From Moniliella sp. 'wahieum' (taxonomy: Eukaryota): 64,000 bases of DNA. Under the pieces are notes generated by a model that had not been told where the DNA came from, made no database searches, and worked only from the letters and a program-made list of their open reading frames with translations. The translations under genes and the position numbers were made by a program. Position 1 is the first letter of the stretch, and each line of letters opens with the position of its first letter. Positions 49,880-63,841 of this stretch are shown here, piece by piece. The stretch lies in assembly GCA_003971905.1 (NCBI GenBank), contig RSEE01000033.1, forward strand, positions 558,001 through 622,000, given 5' to 3'.

Positions 49880-51031
49880 ATGGCTGCTCCCGCGTCCCCC
49901 TTCCCGGACATCCACACTCCTGGATCTGCCCCGGGAGCCCCTCACCGAGCAGCTCCATCTCCCGCCCCAGTCCGACCGCCAGAACGCCGAAGAGGGCGCC
50001 ACCGCGCCCTATGGATTCTTCACCCCCGTCATCGCCGCCGCCGGGCGTCTGCATGCCGCCCGCAAGCACCTTGACTTGCCCAACCCCGGCTCGGTTGAAC
50101 ACCTTCAGCGCGAGGTCAAGGCCACCCACCTGACCAACCACTTTTTCGATGGCGCGCGCGCTGACTTGACCAAGGTGTTTTCGGTGAACCCTGTCTTCCA
50201 AGTCACGCATGCCTTTAGCATGCCCAACGCGCCTAATCCCCCCAGCTACAACTTTGGCGCTGTTTTGGGTGACAATCGCCACTTCTTGCAGGGTGGAGTG
50301 GACGACTCGGGGTCGGTGACCATGCGTGCAAACCGTGGATGGGGCTTTGGCCACATTTCTAAAATCCAGGCCCAGCTCGTCAGCGGCTCGGGGTCGTTTG
50401 TGCAACTCGAGCATGACTACCAAGGCTCGGACCACACCCTGAACATCAAAGCCCTCAACCCATCTATCACCAATGGCACGGGCATTTTCATGGGAGCTAC
50501 CTTCAGTCTCTTACCCGTAATTTTGCATTTGGCCTCGAGACTGTCGTTCAACGGCCGTCGCCTGAGGTTCAGGAGGCTACCACGGGCTACCACGCCAAAC
50601 TCACTGGCGACAAAAAGGACTGGATCGCCACCGTATCGGCCCAAGGGATGGGGGTGGTGCAAGCCTCCTACTGGCAAAAGCTGGCGGAACGAGTGGATGT
50701 AGCAGCAGACTTGCTGCTGCTTGCGGTAGGCCCCAAACGGGAAGCGACCGCTACCCTGGGTGCCAAGTGGGACTTCCACATGTCCACCCTCCGCACTCAG
50801 ATTGACTCGACGGGTAAGCTGGCTACCCAGATCGAACAGCGCCTTGCCCCCACCTTTGCCTTCACGGTTGGCGGAGAGATTGATCACGCCAAGGGTGCTT
50901 CGCGCTTTGGGGTCGGGCTCAACATCGAGTCGGGTACGGAAATTGACCCGAATGCACCGATGCCGACGCCTCCCTCGCTTCCCTCTAATGGGCTGACCTG
51001 GGCGGGGACAAGACGGATGAACATGGTTTGA
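49880..51031 (+). CDS. TOM40: Mitochondrial outer membrane translocase Tom40
   Basis: LPNPGSVEHLQREVK, FFDGARADLTK, FQVTHAFSM, QLEHDYQGSD, LRTQIDSTGK, GEIDH..FG.GL. Confidence 0.95.
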
Positions 51032-54000
51032 CGTTGCCATTGCGTTGGCTTGATCTTGCTCAAGCCTAACGTCTACGCTCCTTCCTAACGCCGCCTCGAT
51101 CTTGTGCCACTACATTTGGTAGTGTATTTGTCCCCCTCATCATTTGCACGATCCACCACTTGCCATCCAAATTAGGCTATTATGTAGTAGTCTTTGGAAT
51201 CAACAGTGGTTTGGGATGCCAAGTAGACAGAAGATAAGGAAATGGAGTGTAGGCTTTAGCGCTGAGACATGAAAGGGAGACGATCCTAACGCCCCAAAGA
51301 AGTATTACATGCTAGTTCGTCGTCTGAAAAATGGCGCAGAAGACGATAGCTGAGTACCAATAGAGTAAGAAGGTCACTGAAGCTTTTCACATGGCCAGAG
51401 GGGATGGTTATGCAGAGTTGGAACACAAATGCAAGTCATTTTCTAATAGGGGGGGCACCCCCCCCCCTTCCCATGAGCAAGCTCGCTTCGTCTTGCATGT
51501 GGAAAGTATACCCCCTTTCCATGCCGCAAGACTCACATGCGGAACGCACAAGAACATAATAGGGGACACTAAACGTTTGAGGTATAGATTCCTGTGGAAC
51601 CGGAAACAGGGGAACCTGCCGCTGGGTTTTCTGCTCTCTTTGCTCTTCTGCTCTGGATGACGAGTTCGATTTTGTCGAGATCAACGGAAGGCAGCTGGAC
51701 GAGGCGTCTCGGGTCTATAATGCCTGTGACAATTGCCAATTCTCAGTTTTATGGACCTATGACCTTCTGGAGCACGGAGTTGTTGAGAATCGATCCACTA
51801 TCTCGCCAGTCCATGAGAAGATGACACGTTCGACTGTCCTGATGTCCATACGCGCAACACGGAGCTGTGCGAGCGCACGGTCTCGGACCTGGTGGTCTCT
51901 CTTGGCGCACTGGCTGTCCAATGGCATTGGCGTTGCTGCTACTTGGACTACCGATGTTGACATTTGGCGGTCTAGGCTATGTTTGCCCACAGTTTCCTTC
52001 CTGACCATGAGACCAGGTCAAAATCGGAAGAACGCACGCGCCATGCACGCTTCGCACCCGAACCCCTGTCTCCCTCTCAGAGTGTGCCGTTAAGGAACGA
52101 ATCTGTACCCCCCGTCCCCCAAAAGGGGCTGTGGACTATGCATGTAGCTGCATATAATTTTGATAATGCTGAGGGAGAGAATGTGAGAGGTGCTGCCCTG
52201 CGGCAAAAGAAATATGCGAATCGTATTGGGTTCTCGGCCAATTTATTTTGGTTGATGCCTATATACGTTCCACAGTATAGCCCTCCAAAGTCAATACCTG
52301 CTTTTTCCGTGACGTTTTTCTGTACTGCATTATCATCAGCCCATTGGTTAATCAATTTGATGTACGCAGGGCTACTCTGTGTGAGTAGAAAGGTGGTTTT
52401 GCTGATTTTGTTACGACGACCAAATCTGTGCCGGAGGTATCAATACGATGTATCACGGAGAGATAGGGTCTTTGTCTGGGGTAAATTTTAAAACTCCCGA
52501 CACCCGCCAGCTAGGGTTGAATACGGTCCATGCGTCTGTCATGAGGCATTTTTGTACTCGCACCAGTTTCTTGGTTTTGATCATCAGTACGAAACGCAGG
52601 CAAACGTCGTGACAGCCAATATCCGGCGAGCCATCTCCACCGTCGCCGGGTTCTGGGTCATGTTGGCTCAGATCTGTTAGCCTGTCGAGGCGGGCGGCGC
52701 GTGAGGGCAAAAAATATCACCCGGGACGCTGGTAACGCGTCACGTAGCGCTCGTCCCATAGTTTCCTGGAGGGGGGAAAGACGATCGTCGCCGATAATGG
52801 GGAGCTCACAATGCACTATCGCCCAGGCCTGTGTCCAGGCCAGCAACAATGCAGTGCCGGAAACAATCGTCTCACAGCAAAGCTGTCGCACCAGCAACAA
52901 TGGTGCTAGTGTATTTTCTCGCCGCTCTCAAGCTCTCTCGTGCCTTAGGCCTCCGGCCTTAACCTTCAACTCATCCAAGATCGAACGCCGCACTAATTGC
53001 TCCAACTTCCCACCATCTTAGACATGGTGGCACAATTATGCTAACCTATCTATTACACGGTGGCAGACACCATGTGTTGCCAGAGCTGTTCTCTTCTCTC
53101 GTGGTTGTGTACTATAGTTTCTCAGATATGTATCGACACCTTAAAGACAGGGCCGAGAGGCGCTTGTGCAGCTGCCCACGATCCACTCCATCCGATGTTT
53201 TTATAATATGCTGGAGTCAGCGCGCATGCATACAACCGCACTGCGGTCTCCCCCGGCTGGCCCGGTTGCGGCGCAATGCCATGGGACGACACATCCCAGT
53301 CCCTGACCTGGTCTAAACGATTCGCCGGTTTCTAACAGCGCACGATCCCGAGCCCAGAGGGTAACGCATGCCGGCATACAGATCAAACGCAGCTGCCCAG
53401 GGGGTTGTTAGGCGGAACTGGCTCAAACGAAAGGTTCCAGTCGGCCACCTCGGAGGAGGGCCAGATGGCAGCCTGCTCTTGCTCCAAACGCTCCGCCACA
53501 AGGCTGCTGTGTTCTTGTGAGGGACCACACAGACCGCACATGACCATTATAAACCAACCGAGCGCACCTTGGAATGCAATGCTGGCTGCGATCGCACACA
53601 GCTTCCAGCGGGTCCCGGGACCAATCAAGCAAGGCCTGACAAGGAAAAAAGCCGCAGGAAAACAAAGGTTGCCTGACCCTCCACCTGCTCTGCATTTTGT
53701 GCACGTGGGGCTACGAAGGAAAAGGAAGAAGCACATATTCTGATGATTTCAGTTCCCGTGTCGGCGATACCGGTGGTAGGCGCCTAGAACTTGCCGGGAT
53801 CTCTCGTCTTAGGGATCTCAGCGACCTGGAGAAACGACTATACCGTTGCGAAACTGGCAACACGAAAATTCATGAACGCCGAACAAGCCCCTGAAGGTGG
53901 CCTACGTGGTGTTTTTGGCTACACGCCGCGGGATCCAGTGGCCACTTGCCCATCCCCTTCCCTTGCGACACTCACGCCCACCATGGGCCACGGGCTGCTG

Positions 54001-54068
54001 CAAAAAGCGTGCCGCTCCATCTATTAGCTGAGGGCCAGCCGAGTGGGCAGCGCATCACAGAGAGGCGC

Positions 54069-57000
54069 CTACTCGGCAGTGGCCTTTTGAGCCATCGTGA
54101 TCTTGTCCCCCAGGCTGAGAGCAATGCCTTGGGTCTTGGAGCGAATGCGGACATGGCCCTGGATGTGGCCGTTGTCCAGCTGCTCCATGCTGACATTGGC
54201 CAACGCATCCTCCCCAAACAGCGAGCGGGCATACAAGTTGGCCGAAAGGAATCCACAGTCACCCGCCAGCGAAGCCTCTGGCGTTAAGCAGGCCATGTTG
54301 GTGGAGCGCATGACATGTTCCAAGTACTGCCGCAACGAAGGGATGACCGTATTGACGTTGACCTTGTTTTCCCACTCAAACTCGGTCCACATGGATCGGA
54401 ACTGAGTTTCGTCGCAGTAAGAAGGCTTAATATAGTCGAGAATGTCAATGTGGATGTCGTTCATCACAACTAGTCCACCCTCTGGCGGGGCGGCGGCTTT
54501 TGCGCCTCGCCGCGAAGAGGGGGCAACGACAGGTGCAGACGATTCGTAGGTAATGTTGCCAAAGATAACGCCCGTTTCGGTTGAAGCCACCTTGATTGCG
54601 GCTTTGATAGACTGGTAGTTGTAAGGGCCAATCGTGTACGTTCCCGGCCGGTCCACAAGCGAGAGGTCACCCAAGGTGGCGAATTCAATCGTGAGGTTCT
54701 GCAATGTGTCTTGCGTCTGATTGACGACGAGAACGTCAAGCAGGATGTCAAACTGATGAACTTGAACATAGGCCTCGGCATAAACTGCGTCCGAGAATCC
54801 CGTCAGTTGGACCACCCGCTGGAGTTTGGAGATAAAGTCGTCCTTGCCCCCGTCGGCGGCACCAGTCGCTACACCCAACTTTGTCTAGGTCGTCAACCTC
54901 AAAGTCTTCGGCGCCCTTTCGTGCAAACTGACGGAACTGGATCAAATCCTCAGGCTGGGTCTTGACCTCCTTGGTCGCACTTTGCCTTGTTTCCGCCTCA
55001 GCCTTTTTGGCCACTTGGTGCTCTTCCATCCGGGCAAAAGCACTTTTGGTTTCGTCGAGAACACCTCTTCCACATCCGCGTCCTCTGCCCGCCCTTGAGG
55101 GATGAAGCGTTGGCCGGCAGTGAAGCCAGCGTTTGGATGCACGTCATGATCCTCTCTGCACTGTCCTCGTCGATCGGAGCAGCAGCCAAGGACGACTGTC
55201 CCACTCGCAAGACCGAGGTCATAATCAACATTGCCTCCGCTCGCAGCGCATTGAGCCTGCTCTCATCGTCAAAGATTTGCGCATGTCGCAGGACGAGCTT
55301 GACGAGTGTAGAGGCCAAAACAGTAGCCGTGTAGTAGTCACCCACCAGGATCAATGCCCGAAGAGGAGGTTTGGACGACCCTCGTCCTTCCGAACGGGGC
55401 CACCGCACAAATGCAGTTTCGGTAGCGTAGGTGCCATCTGCACGAACCTTGGGCGCGCTAGGCTGGGCCGACTCCTCAATGGTTTCAGTGGGTTGCGTGT
55501 CTTCACCTTGCTGCGCCCGCTCTTCCGCGGCCAGAATAGGGATCTCTCCCAACACTTTGCGAATACGCTCCAAAGCAACCAGGACATCCGACTGTTCGGT
55601 CGCGTACTCACCCACAATCCACAGTGCCCCGCGGAAGACCTTGCCCGACTTGATCTGATCAAACGTGGAAAGCAGCTTGTCGAGGATCGATGACCGCAAG
55701 TCGGGGAAACGTTCGACCACTTCCCGTACAAACGCAATCACATCCACTGCTGTCGAATTCGAGTTGTCGCCCAAATAATCAATCAGGACATGCACCACGC
55801 TCGATGCCACCTCACTAAACTTGATCGCGCACTGGTGGATACTTTGGATGAGCAGTTTGTTGTTTTCTACCGCCATCCGGTCCGTTGTCGCCCCGCCGGC
55901 AGCACTGGTGGATTTGGTGAGTTCCTTCTGCAGGAAAAGCACCACCTCCTCCACGTTGCGCGAGCTAACCATGTCGAGCGCAATGCGCAACGCCTTGCGC
56001 CGCACGTCCATGTCGGTACTGTTCAACACCCGCAGCAAGTCCATCACCAACGGGTCAATCACATGACCATGCCGCTTGCGCAGTGCGTCCAGCCGGTCCA
56101 ATACAATGAGCTTGACATTGTTGTCACTCTCTTTCACCACAAGCTCAATGAGCGCACTAGCCGTCGCTTTGATTGCTGCTGCTGTCTGGGTGAGTGCAGC
56201 CAGCGTCGTTGCGGCCTCATACTTAACCGCATGACTGGGCGCCTCGAGCAGCTCCGAGATGATCCGCACAAAGGCAGCCTGTATACGTGTTAGTCCGTTC
56301 TGCTCAAGAGGTGCGTGTGGTAGCGAAAGGGAGCTGGGAAAGAACAAACATACCTTGTGCTTACCACCTGAGCTTAATCTCTTTGCGAATAAACTCAATG
56401 ACCGCCAGCTGGATGCCCTCGTCCTGCTGGTTGATCTGGTCGCCTAGGGACAGGACGTAGTTGAGTGCTTTGTCAGGTGCAACATGGCGAGGAAGATGAG
56501 TGCGTTACGCTTGCACGCATTGTCCGACTCGGCAGCGAGGAAGGATTCGATCAGCTCGGGGGCATCAGGAATTAAGTGGCTCGTCGATGGTGCAGTGTAG
56601 ATGGAGTAGATGCAGAAGACGCGTTCTTGCGCACGTATGAGTAGCGATGGTCGAGACACGCCTGGATGGAGGGCACAAGAGGCTCGAGAAGTTCCGCCTC
56701 GCGGATCTTCTCGATAAAGCGAAGAGTACTGCCGCGGATGTACTCATTGGGGTGCTGGAGGTCGTTACGGATGTAGTTGCAGACAAGGATCATCTCCTGG
56801 CGCAGCTTGCCCAGCTCGTCGGTCTTGGGGCACACCTCCCAGTAGAAGTGAAGCATCTTCTTGAGTGCCTTGTTCTTACTTGGCAGCACGTACTGGATGA
56901 TGGGCATGAGCAGCGTCGGGTGGGGACGGCCATTGAGGGTGGAGGTGATGATGGCGCGCAGGGCCTCCAGCTTGACCTCATCGTCGTTCTTGGTGAGCAG

Positions 57001-57093
57001 CTTGCGCAGGTCGTTGGACGACAGGTGGGTCAGCAGGTCCACGCCGTCTGATGGCGCAACGACCGTGTAGGCTGCCGCCTCGGAGCTCGCCAT
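54069..57093 (-). CDS. SEC26: Coatomer subunit beta (COPI)
   Basis: [96 protein letters not shown]; intron ~56280-56352. Confidence 0.97.
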
Positions 57094-57539
57094 CGTGCAC
57101 GCGAAGCAAGGATGGTGGCACAGAGCCCGCCGCTGGCCACGACACGCACCGAGCCAGCGATGCCCGCGAAGGGTGGAGCGCCGAGTTTGGGGTCGCCCCC
57201 CGAGCGCAGCGCCAGTGTGCAGCCGCCAGCCCCGGCGTACTCCACGTGTGCGGGGCGTGTTAGGTAGGCACGGCAACGTTCAACTTTCAAATCACATAGA
57301 CAATTCCGCATCATGCATCGTGCTCATGCTCATGCACCATCGAGCAGGCTCAGCCCGCCTCCACGCCCTCACACAGGTAACACACCATCAGTTCTCTTGA
57401 CATCGACGGGCGCGCAGTTGTGGTCAGAAGCAGGTGCTGGATTTTTCATTGAGCTTGCCAAGGCATTCTTGACACACGCCTCTCTCTCTCACGCCGGCGG
57501 AGAGTGCGTATATACGAGTACCCACGACCCTCCTATGTT

Positions 57540-58900
57540 CATATGCCAGTGTTCCTTGGACTATATGGATCTGAAACGCGTTCATTCCTCTCCGCAAGCA
57601 TGTCTCCGATGGGCAGGGAAGGCCTCCGCCGGGAAGCCAGCAACCTCGTTACAGCCATATAGCCAGCGTTGTAGATGGAGAGATATTGAAAGAGTGCGTT
57701 CATGACTACTCGAGGGGCTATCCGATTCCAAGGAAGAGGCGATGGAGGGGAATGAGATCGAGTATTAGTACGGTTCTGCGTTGAAATACATCTTGCGCTC
57801 TCTTCGTCATGTATCCTTTGTCTCCACGAGCAGGCCAAGTACTATACCGACAAAAGCATGTTCAAATTGGCACCCAACCCCAACCTTGTGCTCTCTTCTC
57901 TCCTCAAATGCAAAATGTGTACATAGATCGCGTTGTTGTGGAGGATATCTTATGATTGATGGCACCTGATCCCAATTGCGTATGAAGGGGCCTATGAAGC
58001 AGTCCTGCGATTGGTTAATTGGGACGCCCGGATGCGCTCTTCTAAATGAATCTCGATTGCGGATGAGCACGAGAGGAAACGTAAAACAAGAAGAGAGAGC
58101 CATCAAGAGCACCGACTATAGAAGAAAGTGATATAGAGGACAAGATGCAATAGATAATGGATCAAGATTGAGGTGGGCCACTTCAAATCTTCCACGCGAC
58201 AACCAAGGTGGGCCTGGGGAGATGAATTTCCAAAAGGGACGATACGAGGAGGCGTCTCGACGCTTCGGGATGTGCAGGAGAAGGACAGTTACTTTTTGGC
58301 CCCTCATTCGCTCACTGGCCATGCGCAGATTACAAAAAGGATATGTCAAATGACATGTATTTCATGCTCTCATTGCCAGAAGAAGACGGCAAAAATTGTT
58401 TGACCACTCTGAAGAAAAGTATAACGTAGCTGCGAGACATGCAAAGGGAGTGGTGGCTCTCAAGTTGCTATAATTAGAACACGTATCCACATTTACGCTT
58501 TACGCGTTATTACTTGTTACGGCTTATCCGTATTCACTTGCGGAGCTAATACATCCTGTCTACATCTAGTTGCACACGAGTTGAAGAAGTCGCACTATAG
58601 AAATCCGGCCTCCAGGAAGTGGCGAAGCGCAATTGAATATATTGACCTCCGAATTGATGAGCTGCACAGGAGATGTGACGGATGAACCAGCCAGGTATGA
58701 GCGAGAAGGCTTCCTGTGTCCCCACCTTTGAAAAGACTGCACAAAAGTACTAAATACTAATACCAAAAGCAGAAGTAATATCGATTCCTGGTTGCGGGTG
58801 AGGTGGAGAGGAGGCGGAGGAGTACTAGCATGCAGAGGAAGGAGGGAGAGAAGAGAAGGAGACAAGGGCAGCTGGAGGACACCGGACAGGCGCCGCAGCG
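57540..58900 (-). other. Possible intron-containing hypothetical membrane-protein gene
   Basis: Intron-like GT..CTAAT..TAG near 58468-58503 and short hydrophobic ORF pieces. No family recognised. Confidence 0.25.
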
Positions 58901-60332
58901 GGAAGGGCGAGTCGAACCCCCAAAGGGGAACTGCCCTAGTGCTGTCATTGATGATGCGGCGAGAGTACAGCAGAGAGGACAAGTCAGTAGCTATAGTCAC
59001 TAGTCAGCGTGCAACGTTCAATGAACTGACCGTTTTCAGACGTTCAGCCCAGTCGCAATAGGACGCTGGATAGCGATCGCCTGCCGATCTTTGTGATTGC
59101 CCAGGAACATCACGCATCATGCATCATGCAGTGGTATTAGTCAAGATCTAAGACTGCTACCATGCTACGGTGTACTCCTACCAGAGTATACTGAGCATAC
59201 AGAGTACTGAGTACTACACTAATGCGAAGTACTTCATACAGGTGCCTAGCCAAGCGCTATAACAGGTTCGACGTATGTTCAGCGGTTCAACACGGAGTTC
59301 CATTTTAAACGTGCTCAATATTGGTACGTACGTAGCCTAAGTTCGACAGACCAAACCCAATGGAAACGGGGGGCCGAGGTGAAGTAGTCACCCGTGTTTC
59401 ATGTCGGATCACACGTCGCACATCACATATCACAGCAGCCCCGTACTGAGGCGAGGGGCTGAGCATGTCATCGACATCCCCCCATCTCGCGCATACCGGG
59501 GGGGTACTTGTGATATGGTGTCTCTGTGCTGTGCTCAGCTGAGCACTCAGTACGTCAGTACGCTCAGTACGCTGAACTCAGCCTCTGAGCACTCAGTGTC
59601 GGCCTCTTTCCTGCTGTGGCCACCTGCGCCTCTACTTGCTGAGCCAGCCGCCGAGACTGCCAGGCGGAGGGAATGCATCGGACGTGCAGTTGAACTTCAA
59701 CTTCAACGTTCAACGTCAACTGAACCCCCAACTTCCTTTCGACGCACGCTGCCGCTACGTACTAAGCACCAGGCACTACCGCAGTAAATACTAAAGCTGC
59801 TCGCATCTCAGATCCGAGATCAGAGCGCACACTGGCTGGATGCCGGTCAAGCGCCTCTGATGGGCGCTTGCACCCACAGCGCCCCCCCGCCTGTCAGAAA
59901 TGGGGTGGTTCCTTTCCCTGATCGACTGATCGATGATCGATGGTCGATGCTCGCTGACGCGATGCCGATCCCCCCCCTTGAAAAATGAATCACAACTGCA
60001 TACGACCTGTCTGGCGTCTCTGGTATCTATCACATAAATATTGATCCCTTCTAGCATCTTACCTCTGCCCTTCTCCTTCTCCTTTTCCCTCCCCCCCTTC
60101 CAAGCTTCCAAGTCCATTCGTTGCCAGATTGTTGGGCAGAGGCTTCTGGGGCCAGTAGCGGGCACAGATTCCTTTCCGTCTACCAACCAACCGTCTTGGT
60201 GAGTATATCTTCCATCGCCACCTTCTACTTGTCGCTGACTAGGGCTATGCAGTCCCTCAGATTATTTCCTCACAATGGGACCGTTCCACCCCTTCCCCCT
60301 ATCGCTCTATCAGAGCAGCTTTGAGCAAGGCA

Positions 60333-62427
60333 ATGACCCTCCTACGCCTATCTTCTCCTAAGAAAAAGACAAGTCTGCTACGTCGTGCCTCGACCCGGAT
60401 ATTCACTTCTGTTTTCAGTTCGCCATCTAGTCTAACCCAAAGGCCCTTGAAGAGACACCCCGCATGGCGAAACAGGGTCAAGACGCTACATCGCCAGGGG
60501 AGGTCATGTTTTCTGCAGTTGCCGGCCAGGGTGGCCAGCACATCAGGTCTCGACCGCGGTCAAAGACGGCTTCGGTGCTTGCCGTGAATGACGAGGCTGA
60601 ATCACGCAAGTTGATGAGCATTCTTGACACAATCGGGCGGAAGTCATTCTCTGCTTTCTCCTCTTAACATCCCACCACCTTCTTTCGCCAAGATGGCCCA
60701 CAGGTCGACCTCTTCTTCCACGAGCAACACTCTTCCGATCCCTCCGTTATTGGGGAGTAATTCATCCTCTGGTCCTGGCATATCATCATCTAACGAAATG
60801 CTTTCTCTGGCATCTACTCAATGGACGGGGTATGATACGGAGGCTGAATGCTCTCCGTCGGTCCTTACTTTGCCCGAGTTGCTACCGGAACCACCCGGGT
60901 ACAAAGTGGCACTGTCAAACAGCAGGTGTTCAGCTTTGTCCCCTCCACACTTTTTCGGTTCACTTTCTCATGTCTCTGCCATGGATGGCCATGTGCCACC
61001 TCGTGGTGCCGATGAACATGACCAATTGCTTTTGAGCCGAGAGAAGATGTCCGGTCTCGCTAATAACCCCCTCGGCCCAGTCCACGGTCTTCCGTCGATG
61101 CAGTTTTCGGAGCGAGGGGTCCGTGACTTTGTCCAGCACTCGCCAATAAGCTTGGATCAGCTCTATACTATTCCACTATTACTGGCCAAACAATCTCTCA
61201 CAGCTCAAGATGCTCCCCGCTCCCCGCGGAAGAGAGAGATTTGCCCATGCACCCCCACGAGGATGAAAGCTGTAGCCTCTACAGCCAGGATGAAGGGGAG
61301 ACATGGGCCCCGGCTACCTCACGCCCCTTAAGCGCTTCATCTTCTTCCGGGGTCTTCTCCGGGCTCCACGGCCCATATGTTCCCTGCCTTGTCTCGCCCT
61401 TGGTCGCAGGCTACACACACCTCGATATCTGTCGAGGATTCACATGAACGTGGCCGTATCCACCGCGCTAGCCGAGGTTGGAGTGAACACTTGTCATCGG
61501 CTTTTGATTTCAGGAACCCCATCTCTCCATCACCAACCCATGCAAGCGTCGCAGCACCTTTTAACAACCAGGGTGACCATGACACTCCGCTGATTCCTGA
61601 GCAGGCCCTGCTATCCTCGCAGCTGATTGCACCAGTTGACACAAGACCAAAGGACGAGGCCGTTGCAGACGAGGAATGGGCGGCGATTGCCCAAGCTCGC
61701 GAGGAGACGCTCCAAAAACTTCTCGGAGTTCCCACGAACTCTTCACCCAGTCGTTCTTCCGTTTCCGCGCGGGCGCATTCCAAAGTCTCTTCTCCCCCAT
61801 CATCTCCTTTTCAATATGCCCAACGTCCCAGCCAACAAGCCGAAGGTACAGTCCGTTCACCTTCGTGGAGGATGCTCCTTTCGCCTTTGTCCCCGAGAAG
61901 GATGGGCAAAAGCCTTGTTTGGATCCTTGGGAAGAACCTATTCAGATGCGCTCAGCCTCCACCAGGGCAAGACCTTATCTTACTCGTCTCCGGGTCTCAC
62001 TCTCCCCATCGCCCAAGCCCTTGTTGGGTGTGGAATCGGCGACGGGGGAGCATCGAAGCATGACAAGCTTGGCTCCCCATTTAGCTCGCCACAAATGTCC
62101 AAGGCCACTTTAGCCGGCCCACCCACTCCCCCGCGGTCTCCTTCGAGCCGTCATCGAGCCCAGCTTTCGGGGTATCCAAACGGTACCTCTAGCTACCTAC
62201 ATGTTCCTACCTCAACAAGCGCCGGACCTGGGAAGCAAGCTCTCACTCACTGCTCCTCTACTTCTGCTGTCTCCAGCACCCGGGCAAAACCCGTACGGTG
62301 CAAAGCCCCTTGGTCACCTACGCTGGACACGTCTCCTCCCCTTTCTCCCCCCCTACCACTTTCCCCCCCAGCCCAGTGTTTTCCAGTTTTTCCTCCAATC
62401 AAGACGCAAGAATCCACCGCTGGTTGA
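60333..62427 (+). CDS. Hypothetical Ser/Pro-rich protein
   Basis: Chain of overlapping + strand ORFs (60321..62427) consistent with one frameshifted low-complexity gene. Confidence 0.45.
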
Positions 62428-63044
62428 ATCACATGGCAGAGGCCACGCCGCCTGGCTCATGATCAGAGCCTCACGCCATCATCATTCCCCCCTCCCATGT
62501 CGCTGTTTCTGCCCTTTTGTTTATATCTCTGTGTTGTATATCTGTGTGTTTCCCTCTGCGTGTATATCTGGGAAACCGGCATCAGTACCGTTCATTATAT
62601 TAAGGGGATATATCTCCTTCTCCCCCCCTTCCCTGATGTTACAGCATGAAACGAGAGGAAACGTAATGCAGAGCGTCCGGTTTGTCCCCACCCACCCACC
62701 CACTTATCTTGGATTGATCAATAGGTGGATTAAAGCAGCAACAAACGAGAAGAAGAACGATAAACAGGAAGGCTAGGACTAGTATGGGCGACCCCTGCAG
62801 GTATTGGAGCAGCTCGCAGGCTTTCCAGCTGGTCGTTAGCCTGAATGCGCGACATGTTTGCCAATAAATCATTTGTCCCGCGACTTGTGTTTTAGCCGAT
62901 GATCCTTTGTCAGCACCCCTCTTTTACAACCGGCAAAGCTAGCAGGAGCGATATGCTGTGGAGCCAAAAACGTCTAGCAAGTGGCTGTGCATGCACTACA
63001 AAAGACACCGACATAGGTAGTAGCTATACACATCGATAAGAAAA

Positions 63045-63841
63045 CTAGTTGTTCTCCAGGGCGGCAACCGTGGTACCAGCTGCCTTGGCGCGTTTGCGCA
63101 GCTTGTCAGCCGACTTGTTACCACGCACACCACCGCCCCAGTGACGACGACTCTCCTCGTACTTGTCGACGTAGTTAGCCTTCGCCGCCGACACAAGGTT
63201 GGCCAGCTCACGTTGGTCTTCCGCCCGCACATCCTGGACGACGGCGATGGCAGCCGTCTTCTTGTGCACGACCTGGCCCAGACGAGCCTTACCACCCTTA
63301 ACAATCACCCAAGGGATACCCATCTTGCGGCAGAGAGCGGGAACGGCAACGACAAGCTCGATAGGGCGACATCGTCGGCAAGAACGACGAGGGACGCCTT
63401 CTTGGCCTCAATAGAGCAATGGCATGGTTGAGACCGTACTTGACAAAGAAGGCTTCTTGCCATCGGCCTTGGGGTCCGCCTTCTTGCCAGCAGCAACATC
63501 GGCAGCAATCGCAGCTAGACGGGCCTTCTTTTCCTGCTTGCTCTCGGGGCGGTACTTGTTGAGAAGCTTGAACAAGGCGGTGGCTGTGTTCTTGTCAAGG
63601 GTGTTGCTGAACTGGGCCAGGGCGGGGGGGACCTTCAAGCGAGAGTTGAGGATGACACGCTGCCGCTGAAGGCGAATGTATTCGGGCCATTTCACAAAGC
63701 GGGTCAAATCGCGGGCTGGCTGAATGTTCTGGCCAATACCAAAGTGGCGGGGACGAGCCTCAAACAGGGGTTGGCCTGCTTCTTGCTCGACGACGACGCC
63801 TTGAGGTTGGATGGGAGCTTCGGGTTCTTTTTGCTGGGAGC
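63045..63841 (-). CDS. RPL8: 60S ribosomal protein eL8 (L7a); first exon outside the window
   Basis: [68 protein letters not shown]; intron acceptor (GCTGAC..TTAG) at about 63842. Confidence 0.97.
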
